This document shows, in pieces, positions 57,081 to 64,000 of a stretch of 64,000 nt of DNA. Numbering within the stretch: position 1 is the stretch's first letter; each line of letters opens with the position of its first letter. The notes under the pieces are model-generated. The model did not search any database and had not been told where the DNA came from. It saw only the letters and a program-made list of their open reading frames with translations. Where the stretch lies: the IMG/VR virus record IMGVR_UViG_3300021431_000114, positions 1-64,000 of that record; one strand, given 5' to 3'. Source of the stretch: an uncultured virus (IMG/VR IMGVR_UViG_3300021431_000114) (lineage: Duplodnaviria > Heunggongvirae > Uroviricota > Caudoviricetes). A program made the translations under genes and the position numbers.

Positions 57081-57294
57081 GCGACTTTTTTTATTTTCTA
57101 CACATTGTTTTTTCTTGTCTTACGCGCACGCATACGCACGCACGTTAATTACCATTGCTTTACTGTTTATTATTTATTAAATATTATATTATATATATGT
57201 CCTTATCTTTAGGGGCTTCGATGGGGCTTAAACGTAACTTGCTGATATTCAACGCATAAAAGACGAGTAAAACCGCTGTTTTGCATTTCGTAAC
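57081..57294. repeat. diverged non-coding direct repeat, copy B (origin-like)
   Basis: matches 34904-35130 block for block. Confidence 0.8.
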
Positions 57295-57539
57295 ATTTTT
57301 GCAAGGTATTTTTGCAGTTAGCGATTAGGTTTTAACAAAACCTTAACACATTTCAGCCGTTTTTGCCCTGCTTTGCTTCATCGTTTAGATTCGTTTGCTG
57401 TTTTAACACGCCCTTAACTAAAAAAGTGCGCCTGCGCTGCTGTTTTCCTTAATTCCCGTTAATTACAACGGTTAATATCAGTTAATCAGCTTTACAGACG
57501 CACCGCTGTGGGCGAAATCGAACAACAGCCTACATATTA

Positions 57540-59012
57540 CTATTCATCACCAGCACTGAAGCTGTCGCCAGCCCCAAACAAGTCACGCTGCTGCTTTGCC
57601 GTTTCCGCTGCTTCTGCCTTTAGCTGCTTCAGCGTTTCCTCGGGATTGTCAACAATCGGATTCTTGCGCACACCTTCCTCTTGTGACATGGTAGCTTTGC
57701 CGCCCGTCGAAAGGTTGATGATTTCTATTTCTTCCTTCTTGTTCTTGGGCAGGTACAGCTCAAAGTGCGGCTCAACAAACGTCTGCTCTACCGTTTCCGT
57801 ACCCACGCCGTCACGCTGCGCACAGCCGCCCTTTACGACGTTGAAGCGACGTTCAAAGTTCTCGCCAAAAAGCTCCTGCTTGTCGTCTGCCTTCATAAAC
57901 GCATCCGTGAACATAAGGCTTATGGCAACGCCGCTTGTGTTGCTGCCTATCTCCTTCATGGACTTGAAGCTGATGTCGGGTGTCTGCGTATAGCTGAATA
58001 TGACGTTGAACAGCTCCGCAAGCTCGCCCTTGATGCTTTCGGGGCTGCTGTCCCATGACAGCACCTTCATGTCCGTCTCGTTGCCCTCGCCTTGGTACAC
58101 CTTGCCCTGCTCGCCCTTTTCTGCAAAGCCCTTAAGCTTGCCCTTGAAGAAGTACGAGGGAGAGCCGAAGTAGTCGTTGGTGTCGCCCCAATTCGACAGC
58201 AGCGTGTCTACGCGGTCACAAGCTGGCTGCACATCGTCCCACTCCGTTTTCTCCTGCCTGTAGTACACAATGGGCAGGCGGTCGAAGCCGTGCGGTACGG
58301 GTGCTGTATCTACTGCGTACAGCTGTGCGCCGTTTGCTTCCGTTGCGAAGCGGTAAACAAAGCGGTCGGTGTAGATGTCGAAGTGCATGATGTACTGACC
58401 CAGCAAGTCCATCGTGCGGTAGCCGCGCCCGAAGCCGTCCATGCGTCCGTAGTCGTCAAAGTGCGGCAGCAGCAAGTCACCACGTGACGGGCTTAACAGC
58501 TGCACGCGCATTTCACCGCTTGTCGGCTTGCCGTTCGCGTCCGGCACAAAGTACCAAAGCTCCGCTGCTTCACGCTCGCGGAACACTGTGCGGGCAAGCT
58601 TCTTGTCAAAGTACGGCATCTTGTTCTGCTCAAAGACAGTCATAACGCTGTCAAAGAGCTGCTGCGAAGCGTCGCTTGTAGCGCCTTTGCCCTTAAGCTG
58701 GTACGTGACGGGCTTGCCAAGCAAGAAGCCTGCCGTGCGCTCAACAAGCAGCTTCTGAACGGGAACAGCAACACGGCACACCTCCACGTACTTAACCTTG
58801 TAGATGGGATTGCCGTCTGCGTCGAACTTGTCCGTCTTGACTTTCACTTGCTTGCGCTTGCGCTTCGTGCGGTCAAAGACTGCGTGACGGTACACGTCAT
58901 ACTCCGCTTCCGTCTCGGAAAAAGACTTGCTGAACTTGGGCTTGCAGCGTTGCAGCGAATCACGCATCTGCTCGCCGCTGCTAAGTGCCAATACTTCTTC
59001 TATCTTGCTCAT
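57540..59012 (-). CDS. portal protein, SPP1 gp6-like
   Basis: FLLGKPV, HGFDRLPIVYY, TPDISF, SGVAI; directly after terminase. Confidence 0.92.
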   Translation of the reverse strand: MSKIEEVLALSSGEQMRDSLQRCKPKFSKSFSETEAEYDVYRHAVFDRTKRKRKQVKVKTDKFDADGNPIYKVKYVEVCRVAVPVQKLLVERTAGFLLGKPVTYQLKGKGATSDASQQLFDSVMTVFEQNKMPYFDKKLARTVFREREAAELWYFVPDANGKPTSGEMRVQLLSPSRGDLLLPHFDDYGRMDGFGRGYRTMDLLGQYIMHFDIYTDRFVYRFATEANGAQLYAVDTAPVPHGFDRLPIVYYRQEKTEWDDVQPACDRVDTLLSNWGDTNDYFGSPSYFFKGKLKGFAEKGEQGKVYQGEGNETDMKVLSWDSSPESIKGELAELFNVIFSYTQTPDISFKSMKEIGSNTSGVAISLMFTDAFMKADDKQELFGENFERRFNVVKGGCAQRDGVGTETVEQTFVEPHFELYLPKNKKEEIEIINLSTGGKATMSQEEGVRKNPIVDNPEETLKQLKAEAAETAKQQRDLFGAGDSFSAGDE

Positions 59013-59015
59013 AAA

Positions 59016-60605
59016 TTACAGTATATCCAATAGTCCTTCTGCATCCAATCCCTCGCCGTTCTGTCCGAGCACTTCTTCAAGTATGACGTAGCGGATTGCG
59101 TCGATGCAGTTGTGTACAAGCAGGCCGTTGGCGTAGTACTCATGCTGTTGCGCTACTTCCAAGTCAAAGACTTGGGCCTCGCCTGCGTCCTCTGCAAAGA
59201 TAGCTTTAATTTCCCGTGCTGTTTGCTCGTTGCGCTTTGTTTGTGTAAACACAACGTCGCCTGCGTGCAAACACGCGATTTTTTGCCACTTTGCAGCCGT
59301 TCTTACAAGGTGATTGGGCGTTGCCCGAACAACTATCTGCGCATCGTCAAAAACAAGCGTGTAACGCTGAATTTTGCGCTTTCCGTTCTTCCACAGCTTT
59401 GTTACGCGCTTGTAGCCTGCGCTCGTCAGCACCAAATCGTCCGTCGTGATGTTGGCAATACGCTTTGCGCCCATCGATGTTGTTACAAGCGTGTCTGCTG
59501 TGAAGCAGTGGTTGAAGGCATCTACTGGCTCGTTGAGCCACTTGCCGTTTTTGTCTCGTCTGTACACGTAGCTTTTCAGTTCTTTTATTAGGTTGACACT
59601 GCGACGCGTCACGACAAGCTTGAACTGCTGCATCTTCTGCAAGCCAGCCTTTACGCTGCCGGGGTACTTCTTCACGCCGTGAATGTCAATGCCTGTGTTG
59701 TAAATTTCGTCTATTTCTCGCGGCTCTGCGCTGTCAGCCCACACCTTGGGCATCCATACTTGCTGCTGCTTAAGCTCCTTGATGATGTCCTCCGTACCCA
59801 TCTGCGTGCGGTAGCAAAGCTCGTCCAAGTAGATTGTCTTGCCCACAATGCTGACAAGCACAATGGCCGTCGGGTCGTTGGTGTAGCCAAAGTCCAGTCC
59901 AAGAAAGCGGTGTCGGCGTGCCTGGGGCGGCAGCTCGTCCACGATTTCAAACGACTTGAAGATACGCCCCTCAATGATTGCACGCTGCCCAAGCCCGTAC
60001 ACTTGCCACAGCGAGGGCGATGTGTCCTTAAGTTCCTCAATGCTGTCAATGACGCTTTGCTCAAGAAACGGATTGTCCTTGTATGTGCTGATGAAGAACT
60101 TCGTGCGGGAGCTGTTGTTTACTTTGGTAACTATCCAGTGGTCTTCGTCAAAGCTCGGGTTGTAGTCTATCAGTGTGAACAGCGTGGTACGGAGCTTAAG
60201 CTGCGTCCACTCGTCAAAGGACAGCTCGTTTGCTTCGTTTACGTACAGTATCATGCGCTTACGACCACGCAAACGCTGATCATCCGTCGCAGGGAAGAAC
60301 TCTATCCAGCTGCCGTTAGGAAACGTGTAAATGAAATCCGTCAGGTTCATGCACTTGTCGCTCCACTGACCCATGCGCTGCATGATGTCCTTGAAGTCGC
60401 GGAACACAGTACCTTTTAACGCAGGGCGCGTGCCACGAACAACTGCAACAGTAGTACCGGGAAACGACAGACAGCGCACGATAAGCCAAATGACGATGGT
60501 GTACGTCTTGCTGCTTCGTGCGCTACCTTGTGCCGACACTGTGCTGTAGCCCGCGTCAAAGGCACTCTGTATAACGTTGTAAACCCTGCTGACTTGTATC
60601 TTCAC
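59016..60605 (-). CDS. terL: terminase large subunit (PBSX type), intein-containing
   Basis: GSARSSKT Walker A, YVNEANE Walker B, DYNP, GLDFGYTNDPT, DSAEP, NH/CIDAIRY; probable GTG start at 60605. Confidence 0.95.
   Translation of the reverse strand: MKIQVSRVYNVIQSAFDAGYSTVSAQGSARSSKTYTIVIWLIVRCLSFPGTTVAVVRGTRPALKGTVFRDFKDIMQRMGQWSDKCMNLTDFIYTFPNGSWIEFFPATDDQRLRGRKRMILYVNEANELSFDEWTQLKLRTTLFTLIDYNPSFDEDHWIVTKVNNSSRTKFFISTYKDNPFLEQSVIDSIEELKDTSPSLWQVYGLGQRAIIEGRIFKSFEIVDELPPQARRHRFLGLDFGYTNDPTAIVLVSIVGKTIYLDELCYRTQMGTEDIIKELKQQQVWMPKVWADSAEPREIDEIYNTGIDIHGVKKYPGSVKAGLQKMQQFKLVVTRRSVNLIKELKSYVYRRDKNGKWLNEPVDAFNHCFTADTLVTTSMGAKRIANITTDDLVLTSAGYKRVTKLWKNGKRKIQRYTLVFDDAQIVVRATPNHLVRTAAKWQKIACLHAGDVVFTQTKRNEQTAREIKAIFAEDAGEAQVFDLEVAQQHEYYANGLLVHNCIDAIRYVILEEVLGQNGEGLDAEGLLDIL
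59109..59507 (-). mobile_element. mini-intein (133 aa, no homing endonuclease)
   Basis: block A CFTADTLV, block B ATPNHLV, block F VFDLEV...HEYYANG, terminal VHN followed by +1 Cys. Confidence 0.95.
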
Positions 60606-60687
60606 GTTCCTATTCCTATATACGTGCGTATGTGCGTGCAAGCGTGCGCATCATTTTCGTGCAGTCACGAAAATGGTAGGCTGCACG

Positions 60688-61170
60688 TTACTCGTCTATG
60701 CGCTCGTCCACTTGCTCGCGCTTGTCAATGACCTCTATCGTCAACGGCTCATGCTTAAGCTTCTCGCCGCCGCTGGTAATATCCAGCTTGTCGCCGACCT
60801 TGCCAAGTGAGCGGTCAAGCATCTTTTCAGCATACTCAAAGCCTTTCTTGCTCAACAGCGACTTGATGCACAGACGCACGATAAAGGGCGTTTCCTTGTC
60901 GTTGACAAGCTGCTTCATGCGTTCCTCGCCCATGCTCATGCAGTACAAGTACACCTTGGAAACGTCCGACTTGCCAAACTCCTTGTAACCCTCTTTCTTT
61001 AGCTGCTTGCAGATACTTTGCACTGTAAGGGGCGGGCGACCTTTTGCGTTACCCGACTGCCCTTTCTTGAACTGGAACGGCTCTATAGCTTTGTTGCTCT
61101 TTTCCCGTCCCGTCAACTCGCGCTGCCCGTCCTGCTGCTGCTCGCCTTGCATTTCTACTTCCTGTTCCAT
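60688..61170 (-). CDS. terS: terminase small subunit
   Basis: FKKGQSGNAKGRP (DUF5681-type) and LDITSGGEKL; upstream of terL. Confidence 0.85.
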   Translation of the reverse strand: MEQEVEMQGEQQQDGQRELTGREKSNKAIEPFQFKKGQSGNAKGRPPLTVQSICKQLKKEGYKEFGKSDVSKVYLYCMSMGEERMKQLVNDKETPFIVRLCIKSLLSKKGFEYAEKMLDRSLGKVGDKLDITSGGEKLKHEPLTIEVIDKREQVDERIDE

Positions 61171-61230
61171 AGTTTCGCTGTTCCTCGCTGTTATTTCAGC
61201 TTGTTTCGCTTACTTTCCTCTACTTTTGGC

Positions 61231-61548
61231 TTATTTGCCGTTAATGTAGCTCACGTTGCACACCTGCGCCTTTGCAGCCGTCAAGCGTCCGCATGCCTCG
61301 TCTTGGAACTGCGCATACACTTCCATGAAGTTGTTCAGCTGGCACTCAACAAGTAACCTTGCGCTCAATGCTATGAACGCAGGGTACTTGCTTTGTGTCA
61401 GTTCCTTTAGCTTCTCGTGCGGCTGCTCCAAGAGGTACTGCATAATGAGCACTTTGTCCTTGGCGGGGAGCATTTCGCGGAACTTTACGCCCAGCTCCCT
61501 TTCAAGCTCTGTACGCACTAAATGCGTCCTTTCCCGTCGCTCTGCCAT
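61231..61548 (-). CDS. hypothetical protein resembling the TerS core
   Basis: 105 aa; weak similarity to the central region of the adjacent TerS. Confidence 0.6.
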   Translation of the reverse strand: MAERRERTHLVRTELERELGVKFREMLPAKDKVLIMQYLLEQPHEKLKELTQSKYPAFIALSARLLVECQLNNFMEVYAQFQDEACGRLTAAKAQVCNVSYINGK

Positions 61549-62160
61549 CTACTCAATCTTAGTGTTGTTGACTAAGTTCATGAACTCGCTGCGTACAGCT
61601 GCGTCCGTGAGGAACAGCCCTTTAAGGCAGGAGTTTGACATAATGCCCTTCTTGCGTGCTCCGCGTATTTCCTTGCACGTGTGATGGGCTTTCATTACGC
61701 AGGCAATGCCCAGCGGAGCGCACTCTGCTGGCACGTCGCTTGTCAGTGCTTCCTCAATCATATTCACTACGTCATGCACCAAACGCTCCTGTATCTGCAT
61801 GCGTGCAGCACAGTAGTCCACGACGCGGGCAATCTTGCTCAAACCGAGTATCTTGCCGTTGGGGTGTGGAATGTAGGCAAAGAAGTACTGCCCCATGAAA
61901 GGCAGCACGTGGTGCTCGCACATTGAAGCAAAGTCGCCCGTGTCCGTAACCATTTGGTCGCACACAAGGTTGTCCTTGCCATTGTCAAACACTGTAATCT
62001 TGGGCTTCTGCGCCGGGTCGTAGCCGCGAAACAGCTCTTTCCACATACGCACGACACGCTCAGGCGTGCCTTGCAGCCCAGCACGGTTCGGGTCTTCACC
62101 CACATACTCCAGCAGCTCGCGCACATGCTGCTCTGCTTGTTCCTTTGTCAGCTTTGCCAT
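61549..62160 (-). CDS. folE: GTP cyclohydrolase I
   Basis: GEDPNRAGLQGTPERV, SMCEHH, GLSKIAR, IQERL, HTC; start moved to ATG 62160. Confidence 0.95.
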   Translation of the reverse strand: MAKLTKEQAEQHVRELLEYVGEDPNRAGLQGTPERVVRMWKELFRGYDPAQKPKITVFDNGKDNLVCDQMVTDTGDFASMCEHHVLPFMGQYFFAYIPHPNGKILGLSKIARVVDYCAARMQIQERLVHDVVNMIEEALTSDVPAECAPLGIACVMKAHHTCKEIRGARKKGIMSNSCLKGLFLTDAAVRSEFMNLVNNTKIE

Positions 62161-62164
62161 AGTG

Positions 62165-62503
62165 CTATTCCTCGTCAAGTTTGTAAGTAGCAACGTTGCT
62201 CTCGCTTTCCTGCACGTCAGCGCGGTAGCACTGCGGAATGGTGTCAACAATCCACTTTGCAATGTTCTCGGCTGTCGGGTTGAAAGGCAGCAGCTCGTTA
62301 AGGTTGCCGTGGTCGAGCTTTCCGTGTATGGCACGCTTGATAAGCGCGAAGTCTGCAACCATGCCGTCCTTGTTCAGCTCCTTTGCCTTGCAATAGACGG
62401 TGACAATCCAGTTGTGGCCGTGCAAGTTTGCGCACTTGCTTTCGTAGGACAGCTGCAAGTGATGGCATGCAGCTATTTCCATTCTTTTCTTTACGTAGTA
62501 CAT
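62165..62503 (-). CDS. queD: 6-carboxy-5,6,7,8-tetrahydropterin synthase
   Basis: CANLHGHNW, DF..IK, LDH..LN, PTAENIA. Confidence 0.95.
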   Translation of the reverse strand: MYYVKKRMEIAACHHLQLSYESKCANLHGHNWIVTVYCKAKELNKDGMVADFALIKRAIHGKLDHGNLNELLPFNPTAENIAKWIVDTIPQCYRADVQESESNVATYKLDEE

Positions 62504-62553
62504 AGTCTTTATACTTTTACAGTTCTTTCCAATTCTTCTAACACTTGAAAGTT

Positions 62554-63228
62554 TTACACGCCGCGCTTGTCCGCGTCCCAGATGAACTTGTGGATTTGCA
62601 GCTGCATTTTAACCCCGTTAAGGCGATTTTGAATAAGGAACGATGCAATGTCTTGAAGCTCTATCGTTCCGAAGCATGCGCTCACTAAAACGTTGGTACG
62701 TGCAAGCAAGTTGTTTTGCTCGACAACGTACTTCATAATCTGCAAGTCGTGCAAGCTGCCCACAACAAACTTAACGCAGTCCGTCTTGTTGAGGTAGGCA
62801 TAATTGCTTTGCTTCATCAGCTTTTGGTATGCGTTGCCTGCGCACTCCGTCTTGTAGTCCAGCGTTAGGCAAGGGCGATAAGACAAAGGCAGCTCCGCAA
62901 GCTCTGCAACGGACATACTGCCGTTTGTCTCTATCTCTACCCGGTAGCCGTTGATTGCAAGCTGCAAAACAAGTTCCTTGATGTTCGCCTGCATAAGCGG
63001 CTCGCCACCTGTCAGCGTGACGTTCTTTACGTTCTGCTGCTGCACGTACTCCAGTAGCTCCTTTGCAGTCAGTTCCTCGTACTGTTCCGCTTTGTCGTAA
63101 GAATACTTGCTGTCGCAGTAGTCGCAGCGCAAGTTACAACCGAAGAAGCGGATGAACACGGCAAGCTCGCCACTGTGCAAGCCCTCACCGTTAATGCTTA
63201 CGAATTTCTCTACTACTTTGTACCGCAT
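62554..63228 (-). CDS. queE: 7-carboxy-7-deazaguanine synthase (radical SAM)
   Basis: FVSINGEG, CNLRCDYCD, TGGEP, IETNG, QLQIHK. Confidence 0.95.
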   Translation of the reverse strand: MRYKVVEKFVSINGEGLHSGELAVFIRFFGCNLRCDYCDSKYSYDKAEQYEELTAKELLEYVQQQNVKNVTLTGGEPLMQANIKELVLQLAINGYRVEIETNGSMSVAELAELPLSYRPCLTLDYKTECAGNAYQKLMKQSNYAYLNKTDCVKFVVGSLHDLQIMKYVVEQNNLLARTNVLVSACFGTIELQDIASFLIQNRLNGVKMQLQIHKFIWDADKRGV

Positions 63229-63233
63229 ACAGA

Positions 63234-63902
63234 TTACTCCTTGTAAACAGTCATGTCTTCAACGCCTGCTGCGGCAAATGCAGCCTTACGGTTGCGGCAG
63301 CTGTCACACACACCACACTGGCACTCTCCGTTCTCGTAGCACGACCACGTCTCTGCCAAGATGTCCTTGTCTTTCTCGTAGGCATACTTGATAAGGTCTG
63401 TTTTGTGCAGCCCAAGCAGCGAAGCGGTTTCAATCTTTACGTGCTTCTCGCCACGGAACGTGCCCATATCCATTGCAAGCTCAAAGGCTTTGAAGAACGC
63501 GGGCGAGCAGTCGGGGAAAGCATACTCACCGTTGACAAGCACGCAATCGTCCATGTGGCTTCCCAGCACGATCTTGTCAAAGCCGTTGGAATACGCGTAC
63601 ACCATAGCGATTTGCAGGAACATAGCATTACGCAAAGGCACGACTACGCTTTTTTTGTAGCCCTGCTCTACTGCAACATCGTTTGTCAGCTGGTTTTCCT
63701 TGCCAAAGATGTGCTTAAGCGAGGAAATATCCATGCGCTCAAAGCCGAGGTTGTACTTGCTTGCAAGCTTCTCTACCACCTCGCTTTCCCGTTTTGCTTT
63801 CTGACCGTAGTAAAAGGTCATAAGCGTGGTGTCCTCGTTTACGTAACGGAGTGCCATAGACACCGAATCAAGCCCTCCCGAACAAATAACTAATACTTTC
63901 AT
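63234..63902 (-). CDS. queC: 7-cyano-7-deazaguanine (preQ0) synthase
   Basis: SGGLDS, YGQ, VPLRN, FPDC, TWSCY, CGVCDSC. Confidence 0.96.
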   Translation of the reverse strand: MKVLVICSGGLDSVSMALRYVNEDTTLMTFYYGQKAKRESEVVEKLASKYNLGFERMDISSLKHIFGKENQLTNDVAVEQGYKKSVVVPLRNAMFLQIAMVYAYSNGFDKIVLGSHMDDCVLVNGEYAFPDCSPAFFKAFELAMDMGTFRGEKHVKIETASLLGLHKTDLIKYAYEKDKDILAETWSCYENGECQCGVCDSCRNRKAAFAAAGVEDMTVYKE

Positions 63903-63914
63903 ATTCGTTGTTTT

Positions 63915-64000
63915 CTAAAAGTTTACGTCTGCATACTTTTGGAACTTTACCCATTCAAGGAAGTTATGCGTCATAACCTCTTTGTAATTGCGTATCTTTG
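63915..64000 (-). CDS. 3' end of upstream gene, possibly a DpdA/TGT-like DNA transglycosylase (partial)
   Basis: read by hand: ...KIRNYKEVMTHNFLEWVKFQKYADVNF*; identity guessed from context and recalled resemblance of the C-terminus. Confidence 0.4.
   Translation of the reverse strand, partial: KIRNYKEVMTHNFLEWVKFQKYADVNF

Noticed and set aside
57508..57993. 161-aa plus-strand ORF
   Set aside because: Antisense to the portal gene
62161..62358. N-terminal extension of folE overlapping queD
   Set aside because: FolE homology begins at ATG 62160; the extension is an alternative frame of queD with no slippery site noticed
1..64000. Stop-codon reassignment as in some gut phages
   Set aside because: Genes are full length under the standard code, and TAG, TGA and TAA all end genes at sensible positions
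1..64000. Integrase, att sites, repressor, tRNA genes
   Set aside because: None recognised; a temperate lifestyle is only suggested by the antirepressor

Overview
The window is a 64 kb segment of a large siphovirus-type tailed phage or prophage, most likely of a Bacteroidota host (Prevotella/Bacteroides-like). The host inference rests on TAnnTTTG -7 promoter boxes, A-rich starts without Shine-Dalgarno motifs, and the gene families present. Minus strand, right to left: a 7-deazaguanine synthesis cluster (partial upstream gene, queC, queE, queD, folE); small and large terminase, the latter with a 133-aa mini-intein; SPP1-type portal; and a MuF minor head protein fused to an ADP-ribosyltransferase. 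A ~19 kb plus-strand block of early/accessory genes follows (DUF932, SSB-like, RuvC-like, PcfK/PcfJ, antirepressor, ADP-ribosylglycohydrolase). The minus strand then resumes with scaffold, capsid, connector, tail and tape-measure genes; a diversity-generating retroelement (target VR, hairpin, TR, and an RT with an extra C-terminal domain; no avd); a 2019-aa tail fibre; a retropepsin; and a lysis cassette. Non-coding structure includes three identically spaced early promoters, a recurrent ACGAC(A/T)ATG start motif, a predicted small RNA antisense to those leaders, a long stem-loop leader on the antirepressor, and a diverged ~220 bp direct repeat bracketing the early block. No integrase, repressor, tRNA, rRNA or CRISPR array was seen. 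All family calls come from motif recognition by eye, not database searches.
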